From NCBI GenBank assembly GCA_021827945.1, contig JAKATW010000141.1, positions 1-45,957 on the forward strand: DNA of 45,957 nucleotides, read 5' to 3'. Every line of letters starts with the position of its first letter. Position 1 is the stretch's first letter. The DNA comes from Thermoplasmata archaeon (GTDB taxonomy: Archaea; Thermoplasmatota; Thermoplasmata; Thermoplasmatales; GCA-001856825). A program made the position numbers and the translations under genes. Shown in pieces: positions 1 to 10,428 of the stretch. Under the pieces are notes generated by a model, which was not told the origin of the DNA, did not search any database, and saw nothing but the letters and a program-made list of their open reading frames with translations.

Positions 1-1125
1 GATCTCCAGAGTTCCCGGGAAACCAGCCAGAGAGAGAAGCAGGATTGCGAAAGAGATAGCAAACGCTGGATTCCTCTTCCACATTCCTGAGAAGTTCTCG
101 ATGTCATAGTTACCCATGCTATCCATTGCAAGGAAGGAGCCAGCCTTCATGAATCCATATGCGAGCGCATACATGAAGAGGCTTATCACTGCAAGGTTGA
201 TCGCTCCGGTCCCCGCCACGAGGAAGACCACCGAAAGATATCCTGCCTGTGCGATCGAAGAATAGGCCAGCATCCTCTTTACGTTGTTTTGAGATATGGC
301 CACAACGTTTCCGAAAGTCATTGTGAGGATCGCGATAATTGCGAATATTATCTTGAGGTAGTTGAAGAAGAGGGGTGAGGTGAAGAGTACGTTGAAGAGT
401 ACTATGAGCGTCATGATCTTTGAACTAGTGCTCAGGTATGAGGAGACGGGGTTGGAAGTTCCAGTATAGGTATCTATGGCCCACCCATGTAGGGGGAATA
501 TTGCAAGCTTGAAGCCGAACCCAAATACCAGGAGCCCCATCGCAAGGAAGTAGATGCTGTGGAAGGTGGGGACAGCCGCCAGTGATAGGCTTCCCGTCGA
601 TATGTAGTAGAGCGAGATTCCGAAGATTATGAGCCCCGTTGAGAAGGCTCCTATGACGAAGTACTTGATTGCAGCTTCGAGCTCACTGTCGGATTTTCCA
701 TAGGCCGCGAGGATGTAAGTCGGGATTGACACTCCCTCGAATGCGACAAATATGAAGAGAAGGTTGTACGATGTAATGGCAAGAAGCATGAATCCCAGAG
801 ATACAAGAAAGATGAAGACCATCAATCCAGGCTTCCTGTTAAGAGGAGTCTTGGCCATCCCTATCAGGGATAGAATTCCGGGTACAAGTATCGCTATAAA
901 GAACAATTTTGAGAATCCAGATATGTAGACGGAACTGCCTGCGATCGACACTCCGTTATAGCTCTGCAGGAGTGTCAGAACGAGGGATGCAGCTGCAAAT
1001 ACAGCTCCCAGAGTCACCATCACGGATCTCTTCTCGGTGACCAGGCTGGCAAACAATACAGCGAACGCTCCGATGAACAGAATAAACACGTTCCAGAGGT
1101 AGTCATAGGTCCCAAATGTTATCAT
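1..1125 (-). CDS. nuoN: Complex I-like subunit N (3' end runs off the window)
   Basis: Not in the ORF track. ATG at 1125 overlaps the nuoM stop; manual translation gives MITFGTYDYLWNVFILF..., FVAFEGVSIPTY, FGFKLAIFPLHGWAIDTYTG, KRMLAYSSIAQAGY and LSLAGFPG, all NuoN antiporter-module motifs; position after nuoM. Confidence 0.93.
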   Translation of the reverse strand, partial: MITFGTYDYLWNVFILFIGAFAVLFASLVTEKRSVMVTLGAVFAAASLVLTLLQSYNGVSIAGSSVYISGFSKLFFIAILVPGILSLIGMAKTPLNRKPGLMVFIFLVSLGFMLLAITSYNLLFIFVAFEGVSIPTYILAAYGKSDSELEAAIKYFVIGAFSTGLIIFGISLYYISTGSLSLAAVPTFHSIYFLAMGLLVFGFGFKLAIFPLHGWAIDTYTGTSNPVSSYLSTSSKIMTLIVLFNVLFTSPLFFNYLKIIFAIIAILTMTFGNVVAISQNNVKRMLAYSSIAQAGYLSVVFLVAGTGAINLAVISLFMYALAYGFMKAGSFLAMDSMGNYDIENFSGMWKRNPAFAISFAILLLSLAGFPGTLEI

Positions 1126-2576
1126 CAGTGTATCCCTCCCAGGAATGGCATAAGGTAAATGTTGAATGTGTGGAATAACAGTGCAGGATAGATACCAAGT
1201 AGGAATATAATTGCAAGAGGTAGAATAGCGACTAGGAGATCCTCTTTCTTCGCTTTTATGTCCCCAAGGAATTCATTGTAAGGGCCGAATATCGTCCTCT
1301 GCAGAGCAAACACGTGGTAAGATGCAGTCAGAACGACTCCTATCAGTACGAATATCAGATAATATTTCAGGACTGCATAGCTTCCAAGGAGTATGGATAT
1401 CTCCCCTACAAATCCTGAGAAACCTGGTATTGCAACAGAAGCGAGGAACGCAGTCAGGATGAAGAACGAGAGGACGGGTAGCTTTCTTGCAAGTCCACCG
1501 AGGGATGGTATCTGCCTGGTCCCTGTTGCCTTCTCCAGTGTATCTACGAGAGCAAAAACCATCGCTATGATTATTCCGTGAGATATGAGCTGGAATACGG
1601 CTCCGTAGTAGAGTAACTGGGACGCTAGCGGATTCGATCCATTGAGGTAAAGGAAGCCTCCCACGGCTATCGTTATGAACGACATATGGCCGATGCTCGC
1701 GTAACTCATCATTCGTTTGAGGTCCTTCTGATAGAGTGCGACCAGGGCGGAGTAGATCAGTGAGAATACTCCCAGGGCCATCAGTGCAATCGGAACTGCA
1801 GTACTTCCCGCAAAAGAAGATGCCATGAATATCGGTGAGAATATGACAAGCAGTCCAAAGGCACCCATCTTTGAGAGGAGTGCCGATATGAACACGGTAC
1901 CTTCGGAAGGAGCCTCAACGTAAGCATCAGGTAACCAGGAGTGGAGCGGTATAGTTGGAAGTTTTATCAGGAATGCGAAGAGGAAGCCGAATATTATGAA
2001 CGATTGGTAGGCCATAGGAATGGCGTTGATGCCAGAAATCAGAGTGGCCATGGAGAAATTGGATGCACCTTCAGTGAAGTACATCGTGAATATCGCAAGG
2101 AGCATGAAGACCGAACCAACGTGGGTGTAGATGAAGAACTTCATTGCTGCATAGTTCTTGTTACTTCCTCCCCAGATCCCTATCGCGAAAAATGAGGGGA
2201 TGAGTACCATTTCCCAGAATATGTAGAACAGTATGAAGTCACGCGTAGTGAATATACCTATTAGGGAAAACAACAGGAACTGGAGCAGGACAAAGAAACC
2301 TGGTGAGCTTGAGTACCTGAGTGATACAAATACCCCGATGAAGGATATGAGTATCAAGAGTACAGAACTCACGAAGTTAAGCTGGAATGAAAGAGTCAGT
2401 ATTGACAGAGACCCATAATCGAAGTTGGTCAACGTCATGTTGTTCAGGACGACGAACATGAAGACCAGGGCGGAAAAAAGCACGGTCAGATATCTTGCAA
2501 TCTTGCCCCTAGCAATTATCGACGCTACAATGACGAGCGTTAGAATCAAGAACAGGTAGCTCAGTTGGAATGTCAA
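1125..2576 (-). CDS. nuoM: Complex I-like subunit M
   Basis: FYIFWE, KLPTIPLHSWLPDAYVEAP, LSKMG, PGFSGFVGE; multi-TM; operon order L-M-N. Confidence 0.95.
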   Translation of the reverse strand: MTFQLSYLFLILTLVIVASIIARGKIARYLTVLFSALVFMFVVLNNMTLTNFDYGSLSILTLSFQLNFVSSVLLILISFIGVFVSLRYSSSPGFFVLLQFLLFSLIGIFTTRDFILFYIFWEMVLIPSFFAIGIWGGSNKNYAAMKFFIYTHVGSVFMLLAIFTMYFTEGASNFSMATLISGINAIPMAYQSFIIFGFLFAFLIKLPTIPLHSWLPDAYVEAPSEGTVFISALLSKMGAFGLLVIFSPIFMASSFAGSTAVPIALMALGVFSLIYSALVALYQKDLKRMMSYASIGHMSFITIAVGGFLYLNGSNPLASQLLYYGAVFQLISHGIIIAMVFALVDTLEKATGTRQIPSLGGLARKLPVLSFFILTAFLASVAIPGFSGFVGEISILLGSYAVLKYYLIFVLIGVVLTASYHVFALQRTIFGPYNEFLGDIKAKKEDLLVAILPLAIIFLLGIYPALLFHTFNIYLMPFLGGIH

Positions 2577-4444
2577 TGTATCACCCCCGCCAGTATGAAG
2601 ATCCTGAGAAGGATCAAGGCCAGAATCAGGCCTATCAATACGATGAGCGCGTACTGCCTTGCTAGACCAGTCTGAATCTTCCTGAGGACCTTTCCAGAGT
2701 TCTGGAACAGACTTCCAGAAACGTTTACCAGTCCACCGATCGCTCTTCGCTCAAAACCATCGGATACTGCTGACAGCCCGATGATTCCTCTCTCTGCGAT
2801 CACGTTCGTGAAGAACACATCGATGAAGAACTTGTTCTTTACAAGCAGATAGAAGTCCTTCGCCCCGTTTGTTACGGTCGAAGGTATAGTCGAACTCCTT
2901 CCCCAGGCATAGTATGCCGTCCCCATGCCAGCAAGCATCAGGACGACAGGAATCAGGTCAAGTGTCGTGAGAGGAGCGATTCCGAAGGCGAGTGTGACCG
3001 GGTTTCCCTCGACGAAGCTGTAGAACCCTCTCTGGAATATTCCAAAAATTATGCTGAACGCTGCGAGTACCAGAATGGGAATGAGCATTATCCACTTGGA
3101 CTCATGAGCATGTTCTGCTGCATTGCTCCTGGGTTTCCCCAGAGCGACTTTGAAGAACATCCTGAATGCATACAATGCTGTCAGGAAACCGCCGATCGCG
3201 AGAAGAGCCCACGCGAAAATAGATACACCATAGCTTGCAGTTATAATGCTATCCTTGCTGAAGAACCCGGCAAGACCCGGGAATCCGGAGAGAGCGAGTG
3301 CGCCGAAAAACATGGCAGTTACCGTTATGGGCATCTTCTTCCATAGACCACCCATCTTGTTGATGTCCCTCACATTCATTACTGCGTGGAGGATCGATCC
3401 GGCCGTAAGGAAAAGGAGGGCCTTGAAAAATGCGTGTGCTTCCAGTTGGTATATAGATAGGCCTATACTGGTTGCCCCCAGACCAAGTCCCAGGGCAGCC
3501 ACCATGTATCCTACCTGACCTATCGTGGAATATGCCAGTATCCTCTTGATATCATTGACCACCAGTCCTATCAGTCCCGAGAGGATTATTGTCACTATAC
3601 CAACATAAAGCACTACTGTCAGGGATGTTGGCGTGAAAATGGAGTAGGTCCTTGCTATCAAGTATACACCAGCGGTCACCATCGTAGCAGCATGGATGAG
3701 CGCTGAGACTGTAGTGGCTCCCTCCATCGCATCCGGTATCCAGACATGCAGCGGGAACTGTGCACTCTTTCCTATAGCTCCTCCGAACAGGAGGAGGGAA
3801 ACAATTGTCTTCTGCCAGACGAGATGAATCGAACTCAGACCGGTGACGGACAGAGCTCCACCAGAGGAGTAAAGTATTGCCGCTCCGATCCCCGCTATGA
3901 AGAAGACGTCTCCGACTCTGGTTACGATAAACGCCTTCTTTGCTGCCGAGGCAGCGTTCGGTTTATAGTACCAGAATCCTATGAGCAGGTAAGAACACAG
4001 ACCGACAAGTTCCCAGAAGATGAAGAGCATTATCAGGGAGGATGAGAGAACCAGCCCGAGCATTGATGATGTGAAGAGGACCATTTCACCGAAGAAGACG
4101 TGTCTGTTGGGGTCCTCCTTCATGTATCCCACAGAAAAGAGAATTATCAGGAATCCAACAAAGGAGACCATTAGGGCCATTATCATAGACAGGTTATCGG
4201 CATAGATTCCCAGAGGGATTATCGCAGGGAGTGAGGGTAGCCAATTAAAGCTGTACTGGATAACAGTGCCGTTGACTGTATAGGTGAAGAAGAGAAAGAG
4301 CGTGATGAGGAATGAGATGAATATCAGTGCTGAACCGAGATACATGGAGTAGTTTTTCTTGATATATCCAATTCCTATGACGAACGGAAACCCGATCAGA
4401 GGAAGTCCAAATATTAGGAAGGTCAGAATAATAGATAGATCCAT
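2573..4444 (-). CDS. nuoL: Complex I-like subunit L
   Basis: WELVGLCSYLLIGFW, GKSAQFPLHVWIPDAMEG, HAATMVTAG, HAFFKALLF, C-terminal QTG...Y helix. Confidence 0.96.
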   Translation of the reverse strand: MDLSIILTFLIFGLPLIGFPFVIGIGYIKKNYSMYLGSALIFISFLITLFLFFTYTVNGTVIQYSFNWLPSLPAIIPLGIYADNLSMIMALMVSFVGFLIILFSVGYMKEDPNRHVFFGEMVLFTSSMLGLVLSSSLIMLFIFWELVGLCSYLLIGFWYYKPNAASAAKKAFIVTRVGDVFFIAGIGAAILYSSGGALSVTGLSSIHLVWQKTIVSLLLFGGAIGKSAQFPLHVWIPDAMEGATTVSALIHAATMVTAGVYLIARTYSIFTPTSLTVVLYVGIVTIILSGLIGLVVNDIKRILAYSTIGQVGYMVAALGLGLGATSIGLSIYQLEAHAFFKALLFLTAGSILHAVMNVRDINKMGGLWKKMPITVTAMFFGALALSGFPGLAGFFSKDSIITASYGVSIFAWALLAIGGFLTALYAFRMFFKVALGKPRSNAAEHAHESKWIMLIPILVLAAFSIIFGIFQRGFYSFVEGNPVTLAFGIAPLTTLDLIPVVLMLAGMGTAYYAWGRSSTIPSTVTNGAKDFYLLVKNKFFIDVFFTNVIAERGIIGLSAVSDGFERRAIGGLVNVSGSLFQNSGKVLRKIQTGLARQYALIVLIGLILALILLRIFILAGVIH

Positions 4445-4445
4445 T

Positions 4446-4775
4446 TTACCACCTCAACAATTTTAGGACATCAAGTCCTGCAGATCCCTTCTTCCGGAAC
4501 ACCGAGACAAATAGGGCCATGGCGACGACAGTCTCGGCAGCCGCAATGACCAGCACGAATAGGGTCATATCTGCTCCACCAGGGTTGCCGTAGTAACTAG
4601 AAGCGCCGATGAAATTGATTAGTCCAGCGTTTATCATGATCTCAACGGATATCAGTGCCTTTACGATAGTCCTTGAACTCAGGAATGAGTATATCCCGAT
4701 TGCGAGTATTGCCATAGATAGGAATTCAACCGCCCCCACATTCATAGGAGCTGAAATGATGCTTGAGAGATTCAT
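4446..4775 (-). CDS. nuoK: Complex I-like subunit K
   Basis: Three TM helices, SVEIMIN and AAAETVV glutamates; lies between J and L. Confidence 0.92.
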   Translation of the reverse strand: MNLSSIISAPMNVGAVEFLSMAILAIGIYSFLSSRTIVKALISVEIMINAGLINFIGASSYYGNPGGADMTLFVLVIAAAETVVAMALFVSVFRKKGSAGLDVLKLLRW

Positions 4776-5002
4776 TTGTTCTCACCCCTCTCACCCAGAT
4801 ACATTGCGCCAAGCATGGCAGCGACGAGAAGGAAAGTGACGATTTCGAATGGAAGGAGGTAGGTGGTGAACAATGACTGGGTTATTCCTGTCGCTCCGGT
4901 ATTGATGGGTATTATCCCTTGCGGGTACGCTCCAAGCTGTATGAAGGTGATCATAATTATGAAGAGGAGGACAGAGAGCACGATCGCAAACTTATTCCGC
5001 AT
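4772..5002 (-). CDS. nuoJ2: Complex I-like subunit J, C-terminal half (J2)
   Basis: LFTTYLLPFEIVTFLLVAAMLGA is the NuoJ C-terminal motif; split J is known in archaea. Confidence 0.88.
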   Translation of the reverse strand: MRNKFAIVLSVLLFIIMITFIQLGAYPQGIIPINTGATGITQSLFTTYLLPFEIVTFLLVAAMLGAMYLGERGENK

Positions 5003-5234
5003 CCTGATACCTCCTAGAAAGCATGACGGACGTCAGGATCAGCGTGATTATTGCACCTGCATATACCAGAATCTGAATAGCGGAAATGAAGAAATTCTCA
5101 AGGTAGAAGAAAATGCTAGCTACATCCACTACCAGGAACGTCAGCCACAGCGTAGAGTGCAGTAGATTCTTGCTTGAGGCGGCCAACAGAGCAGCGACGA
5201 TTGCCGCTATAGAAAGGATGTAAAAGATTATCAT
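4992..5234 (-). CDS. nuoJ1: Complex I-like subunit J, N-terminal half (J1)
   Basis: NLLHSTLWL and AIQILVYAGAI are NuoJ N-terminal motifs. Confidence 0.9.
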   Translation of the reverse strand: MIIFYILSIAAIVAALLAASSKNLLHSTLWLTFLVVDVASIFFYLENFFISAIQILVYAGAIITLILTSVMLSRRYQDAE

Positions 5235-5704
5235 TCTCTCCCCTCCCCCCAGAGTTCCACTTCTTTCTTTCCCAGTTGTTCGGGGGTGTATCTGGTGTTC
5301 TTTCTGATGAAATGTACTTCTTCCACTTCTGGTTCCAGCGTTATGGCCCCTGTGGGGCAGATCTCCTCGCAGAGGTTGCAGTGTATGCAGGTCGAGACAT
5401 CGACGCTAGGATATATCTCCCTCTTGTTAGGATACTTCTTTTCGTATTCCTGCTTCTTTTCGTGGTGGAAGTCGACCATCCTTATGGTGCCATTCGGGCA
5501 GATCTGTTCGCACAGTGTACAGCCAATGCAGGTATCAACGTTCAGAAAGACCCTTCCAGTTGTTCTCGATGGGTATTCAAGCTTATCCTCCGGTACCTGT
5601 CTCGTCACCTTCGGTTTGAAGCTCTCCATGAAGACAGTCCAGACTCCCTTGGCAATTCCAGCAATCCCCTGTATGGGCCCCGGAATCTTTTCATCGTCTG
5701 TCAT
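5231..5704 (-). CDS. nuoI: Complex I-like subunit I, 2x[4Fe-4S]
   Basis: CIGCTLCEQICP and CIHCNLCEEICP; lies between H and J. Confidence 0.94.
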   Translation of the reverse strand: MTDDEKIPGPIQGIAGIAKGVWTVFMESFKPKVTRQVPEDKLEYPSRTTGRVFLNVDTCIGCTLCEQICPNGTIRMVDFHHEKKQEYEKKYPNKREIYPSVDVSTCIHCNLCEEICPTGAITLEPEVEEVHFIRKNTRYTPEQLGKKEVELWGEGRE

Positions 5705-6784
5705 CTAGAACAACCCCCCGAAAAAGAGAGCGATGCATGCGCTTATCAGCAAGTTTATGACGCTCAGCGGTAGAAGGTACTTCCATCCCATCTGCAGCAG
5801 GTGGTCAATTCTGACTCTTCCGAGCGAAATCCAGATCAGAAGGAAAATGAAAATGAATACAGCCCCCTTGACTATGAGCCATATCGTGCCTGGGAAGATC
5901 GGTCCTTCCCATCCCCCGAGGTAGACAACGGCAACAACGAAGGCGGACAGGGCCATAAATCCAAAATTTCCCATGTAGAATATTCCATATCGCATTCCGC
6001 TGTACTCGGTTGAGAAACCGCTAACCAACTCGCTACCGCTCTCCGGTAGGTCGAAAGGAGGTATTGATTGCCTTCCAATCATCGCCAGGAAGAATACTAT
6101 GAATCCCAGAATCTCCGGGACTATGAAAGGAATGAATCTCTGAGCGGTCACAATGTCATTTGCGCTGTAGCTGCCTGCGAGTATGATCACAGAGATGAGT
6201 GATATCAGCATTGGGACTTCGAAGCCCATGTCCTGAGCAGCAGACCTCAATGCCCCAAAGAGTGAAAACTTGTTGTGAGATGCAAGACCTCCTATAATCT
6301 CTCCAACGGGGGCAATGGTCATGAATGCAATGAGGAAGAGGATGGTGTAGTTGAAATTGACCACCATTAGATTGAGAATGGAAACATTACCGAAGGGGAT
6401 CAGTATGAAGCCGAGAATGACTGGAGTGAATACAAGATAGGGAGCGACCCTATAGGCAGTTCTGTCTGCGGCCGTGGGAATGATGTCCTGCTTCTGAATG
6501 AGTTTGAACACATCCGCAATAAGCTGCAAAGTTCCCCACAACCCGACCCTGTTCGGTCCTATCCTATTCTGGGCATCCGCCATGTACTTCCTGAAGACAT
6601 AGATAATAATTATGACGGCTACCATGGAAAGTGCGAAAACGAGCACCACCTCCACGACAGCGACTATGAAGTACGCGATCCATAGGCCGATGGGATATCC
6701 CGCGAATGTGAAGGGAACGAAATTGATGTGGAGGAATTTCACAATCCCGTAGAGGATGCTCATTAGAAAGAAGAACAGGTTCAT
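5705..6784 (-). CDS. nuoH: Complex I-like subunit H
   Basis: QNRIGPNRVG, QLIADVFKL, PFDLPESGSELVSGFSTEYSG, RVRIDHLL..GWK. Confidence 0.96.
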   Translation of the reverse strand: MNLFFFLMSILYGIVKFLHINFVPFTFAGYPIGLWIAYFIVAVVEVVLVFALSMVAVIIIIYVFRKYMADAQNRIGPNRVGLWGTLQLIADVFKLIQKQDIIPTAADRTAYRVAPYLVFTPVILGFILIPFGNVSILNLMVVNFNYTILFLIAFMTIAPVGEIIGGLASHNKFSLFGALRSAAQDMGFEVPMLISLISVIILAGSYSANDIVTAQRFIPFIVPEILGFIVFFLAMIGRQSIPPFDLPESGSELVSGFSTEYSGMRYGIFYMGNFGFMALSAFVVAVVYLGGWEGPIFPGTIWLIVKGAVFIFIFLLIWISLGRVRIDHLLQMGWKYLLPLSVINLLISACIALFFGGLF

Positions 6785-7887
6785 CTATCCACCTCACCAA
6801 AAACAGGGTCCATAGAGCTGACTGAGGCAGTCAGATCCGCTATCTTGTATCCCTTCAGCATGGTGGGTATCGAGGACAGGTTCGCGAAACTGGGACTCCT
6901 TATCCTGACTCTGTAGGGAATAGATGAGCCGTCACCTATCAGGTGGATTGCGAACTCCCCCTTGGGGGATTCCGTCGGTACGTACGACTCCCCTGTCGTC
7001 TTCAACCTCACGAGCATCGGCTTGGAGTATTTCTTGTTGTAGAATTCCCCTTGGGGTAATTTTTCGAGGACCTGCTTCACTATGCTTGCACTCTGCCTCA
7101 TCTCTTCAATTCTGACGAGGAATCTTGCATAGACGTCCCCCTCCGTTCTGGAAGGAATGTCGAAGTTCACCTTATCGTAGAAGAGGTACGGTGAATTCTT
7201 CCTCACGTCTCGCTTGATACCCGAGGCTCTCTGCATTGGTCCTGTGACACCATAGGAGAGTACATCATCTGCCGTCAGTTTTCCAACCCCCCTGGTCCTG
7301 CTGACGTAGATATAGCTCTTACCAAGTAACGACTGAATCTCCTCGAGCTTTGTCACGAAATCATCCGTCCATTCCTTGATCATTTCGATCGCCTTGGGTG
7401 TAACGTCGGAATATACTCCCCCTATGGCGAAATAATTGTACAGTAACCTGCTTCCTGTTATTTCATCAAAAATTCTCAGTATTCTTTCCCTCTCCCTGAA
7501 GCAGTAGAAAAAGGGGGTGAGCATTCCCATGTCCAGTCCGTGTGTTCCGAGCCAGATAAGATGAGATGCTTCCCTGTTCAACTCTACCATTAACATTCGG
7601 ATCCACTGTGCCCTCTCCGGGACCTGGGCGTCCATCAGGTTCTCGACAGCCAGTACGTACCCGAGCTCCATGTTGAGAGCTGCCACGTAGTCCAGCCTAT
7701 CGATGTATATCATTCCCTTCGGATACGCTCCCATCTCAGCTAGCTTCTCTGCATTCCTGTGGAGATAGCCAATTACAGGTTGTGCATCGACTATGATCTC
7801 GCCATCAAGTTTGACCTTGATTCTCAGCACACCGTGGGTTGATGGGTGTTGGGGCCCGAAATTGACCTCTATTACCTTGTCCTCCAT
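6781..7887 (-). CDS. nuoD: Complex I-like subunit D
   Basis: NFGPQHPSTHGVLR, GYLHR, RLDY, ESPKGE, DPVFGEVDR. Start re-called to ATG 7887 (MEDKVIEV), just after the nuoC stop and with GGAGGG upstream; ORF track starts at 7935. Confidence 0.96.
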   Translation of the reverse strand: MEDKVIEVNFGPQHPSTHGVLRIKVKLDGEIIVDAQPVIGYLHRNAEKLAEMGAYPKGMIYIDRLDYVAALNMELGYVLAVENLMDAQVPERAQWIRMLMVELNREASHLIWLGTHGLDMGMLTPFFYCFRERERILRIFDEITGSRLLYNYFAIGGVYSDVTPKAIEMIKEWTDDFVTKLEEIQSLLGKSYIYVSRTRGVGKLTADDVLSYGVTGPMQRASGIKRDVRKNSPYLFYDKVNFDIPSRTEGDVYARFLVRIEEMRQSASIVKQVLEKLPQGEFYNKKYSKPMLVRLKTTGESYVPTESPKGEFAIHLIGDGSSIPYRVRIRSPSFANLSSIPTMLKGYKIADLTASVSSMDPVFGEVDR

Positions 7888-7888
7888 C

Positions 7889-8344
7889 TCAGTATCCCTC
7901 CGTCTTATCGTAAGAAACTCTGTCCTCTCCATCATCGGAAAGATTTACGAACTGTTTCTTGTCCATTGGATAGTCCTTTCTCAGAGGGTGACCGATCCAT
8001 CCCTCAGCGAGGAGGATCCTCTTCAGATTAGGATGGTTCTTGAACTTGACTCCTACCAGATCCCACGTTTCCCTTTCGTGCCAGTCGGCTCCCTTCCAGA
8101 GTGACGTCACGGAATCGACTTCCTCGTTTGTCTTTGTCTTTACTATGAGACGTGCATTGTTCCCGGATGAAAGGAGGTGATATAGCACCTCGAGGTGATC
8201 CTTGTAGTCCACCCCTGTGATCATCAGCAGGGTATCGAACCCCTCCCCTTTCTTCTCTGTCAGGAAAGGGAGAATGTTTTCTTTTGAGACGTAAACGACC
8301 TTTATCCCATTCTTGGTTGTCGTCTCAGCTTCTATGGGGATCAA
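7889..8344 (-). CDS. nuoC: Complex I-like subunit C
   Basis: [34 protein letters not shown]. Confidence 0.95.
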   Translation of the reverse strand: MIPIEAETTTKNGIKVVYVSKENILPFLTEKKGEGFDTLLMITGVDYKDHLEVLYHLLSSGNNARLIVKTKTNEEVDSVTSLWKGADWHERETWDLVGVKFKNHPNLKRILLAEGWIGHPLRKDYPMDKKQFVNLSDDGEDRVSYDKTEGY

Positions 8345-8799
8345 TGTTTCACCTTACCTTCGACTATCCTGTCCTGGAGCATCTTGAGCGCTTGAATCAG
8401 TGCTTCTGGCCTAGGTGGGCATCCGTAGACGTAAACATCAACTGGTACGACCTGGTCCACGCCGTCAACCACTGAATAGCCTCTAACGTAAGGGCCACCG
8501 GCAGACGCACAGGCTCCCATCGAAATGACGAATTTCGGGAATGCCATTTGATCATAGAGTCTTCTGATTCTCGGGGCCATCTTCTTTGTAACAGTCCCAG
8601 ACACTATCATCAGATCGGAATGTCTGGGGGAGTCCCTGAATATATCCGAGCCAAATCTCGCCCAGTCATAATCTGAACCCATTGCGCTCATCATCTCGAT
8701 AGCACAGCATGCGAGTCCGAATGTGAATGGCCAGAGAGATTTCCCGGTTCCCCACCTGAGTGCCTCATCCAGTGAGGTGACGAGAATATTATCCGACAC
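8341..8799 (-). CDS. nuoB: Complex I-like subunit B (N2 cluster)
   Basis: [28 protein letters not shown]. Confidence 0.97.
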   Translation of the reverse strand: MSDNILVTSLDEALRWGTGKSLWPFTFGLACCAIEMMSAMGSDYDWARFGSDIFRDSPRHSDLMIVSGTVTKKMAPRIRRLYDQMAFPKFVISMGACASAGGPYVRGYSVVDGVDQVVPVDVYVYGCPPRPEALIQALKMLQDRIVEGKVKH

Positions 8800-9160
8800 T
8801 TGACCACCTCATGTATCCTTTCTTAGATGCATAGAACAGTCCGCCAAGCATGATTGCTATGAACAGAATGACATCCAGGAATATTCCAGTCCCAAGAATC
8901 TTGACAGAACCAGCCCATGGGAGTAGGAGAATGAAATCGACGTCGAAGATCACGAATGCCATTATGAAGAAGAAGTACTGCAAAGGCAAAGGAGACTGAA
9001 AATCGCCAACTGTGACCTCTCCGCATTCGTAGCTGTCGTGCGTGTATCTTCCGTACGACTTTGGGGAAAAGTGATGTGCCGTTCCGAGCAGTATTGCTAT
9101 AATTATAGGTACTATAACGACTGCCAGAGCAAGGGCAGCCAATTCAGGGGTCATGCTCAT
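8789..9160 (-). CDS. nuoA: Complex I-like subunit A
   Basis: YECGE and FVIFDVD..LLLPWA; first gene of the operon. Confidence 0.95.
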   Translation of the reverse strand: MSMTPELAALALAVVIVPIIIAILLGTAHHFSPKSYGRYTHDSYECGEVTVGDFQSPLPLQYFFFIMAFVIFDVDFILLLPWAGSVKILGTGIFLDVILFIAIMLGGLFYASKKGYMRWSSVG

Positions 9161-9180
9161 CCTTCCTTTAGTGATTTATC

Positions 9181-9190
9181 AAATTTATAA
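9181..9190 (-). promoter_or_regulatory. Putative TATA box of the nuo operon
   Basis: AAATTTATAA on + (TTATAAATTT on -), about 25 bp upstream of the nuoA ATG. Confidence 0.55.
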
Positions 9191-9221
9191 TTTGTTTTGT
9201 CTGTACTTGAAGTTTGGAACA

Positions 9222-10025
9222 TCACGATACACCCAAAGCAGATTTTCTTTCGGGGCCCCTTGTTGCGCCCTTCTGTTGGTACTTCACGAAAATGTTCGTC
9301 GTCATCACCTTCCGTAGCAGCTGGATTGCGAGGGCAGGATCTACTCCCTTGGGACAGACCTCCGAACATGCACCAGAGAAGTGACACCTCCAGACGCCAT
9401 GCTTTGAGTCGACCACGTTGAGCCTCTCCTCGAAGCCCAAATCCCTGTTATCAACTATGTATCTGAAACTCTGAGCAAGGGCCTGAGGGCCAAGGTACAG
9501 CTCGTCAGATGCGCTAGTAGGACAGGCTGATAGGCAAAGTCCGCAGAGTATGCAGTCTGTGAACATTGCGTATTTCTCACGCTGATCGGGTGTCTGAAGG
9601 AACTCGCTCTTGGGCTCCTCCTCTTCCCTCACAATGAAGGGTTTCACGCTCTGATGATTGTTGAATAATTTGGAGAGTTCTGGTACGAGGTCCTTTACGA
9701 TCCCGTAATTGCCCATCGGATCGACCTTTATGAGATCCTTGCCCAGTTCGAGTATTTGGGTCTGGCAAGCAAGTTTTTCCTTTCCGTTTATTATCATACC
9801 GCACGATCCGCATATCCCCATCCTGCAGGAATATCTGGCCGAAAGAGAGTGGTCTAAGTGCTCCTTGATGTAGAGGATTCCGTCGAGTATTGTCATCCCC
9901 TTCTGAACCGGGACCTTGTATTCCTCATACTTCGGAATTTCTTTCTTTTCCGGGTCGTATCTTCTGACCCTGAATGTCACGGTTTTGACGACCTCTCCAA
10001 ATCCTTTGAGTACTAGAGTTTCCAT
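9222..10025 (-). CDS. sdhB: Succinate dehydrogenase iron-sulfur subunit (conventional complex)
   Basis: CRMGICGSC...C [2Fe-2S], CILCGLCLSACP [4Fe-4S], CHFSGACSEVCP [3Fe-4S]. Confidence 0.95.
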   Translation of the reverse strand: METLVLKGFGEVVKTVTFRVRRYDPEKKEIPKYEEYKVPVQKGMTILDGILYIKEHLDHSLSARYSCRMGICGSCGMIINGKEKLACQTQILELGKDLIKVDPMGNYGIVKDLVPELSKLFNNHQSVKPFIVREEEEPKSEFLQTPDQREKYAMFTDCILCGLCLSACPTSASDELYLGPQALAQSFRYIVDNRDLGFEERLNVVDSKHGVWRCHFSGACSEVCPKGVDPALAIQLLRKVMTTNIFVKYQQKGATRGPERKSALGVS

Positions 10026-10026
10026 A

Positions 10027-10428
10027 TCACAGACCTCCGGCGAGTGAGACTACAACTGTCCTCGAGCCCCAAATGAAGACCACGAGTGCCACCACGAGGA
10101 GCGCATAAGTGATTATCTTCTCTGCCCTTCCTCCAGGAATGAGCTCAGAGAGTATCACCCTGAATCCGTTGAACACGTGATAGACCAGGAATGTCAAGAG
10201 CAACTCGAAGACCGATCCCCATATCAGGGAAGAGTAGACTGCCTTTACCCAAGTATAGTACAACGTTCCGCCTACAAGGACGTGTGTGGCATTAGCACCG
10301 TTATAGATGTAGAGTATCTTTTCAGGGCTTGGAGAAAGGACACTGATAAGGAGGAAGTGGAATGATCCAAAGACAAGGACCAGTATTCCCGTCAGGTACT
10401 GCAGGAACATGATCTGCGACTCTCTCAA
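10027..10428 (-). CDS. sdhD: Succinate dehydrogenase small membrane anchor
   Basis: Three TM helices; QYLTG...FH and YHVFNGFR are candidate heme-b histidines. Confidence 0.85.
   Translation of the reverse strand: MRESQIMFLQYLTGILVLVFGSFHFLLISVLSPSPEKILYIYNGANATHVLVGGTLYYTWVKAVYSSLIWGSVFELLLTFLVYHVFNGFRVILSELIPGGRAEKIITYALLVVALVVFIWGSRTVVVSLAGGL

Noticed and set aside
4772-5234. nuoJ as a frameshifted pseudogene
   Set aside because: Both halves have proper starts and stops, and split J1/J2 is an established arrangement in archaeal complex I-like operons
6781-8799. Group 4 [NiFe]-hydrogenase interpretation of the nuoBCD genes
   Set aside because: NuoD lacks both Ni-binding CxxC motifs (RLDYVA and DPVFGEVDR instead) and NuoB has the adjacent CC of complex I
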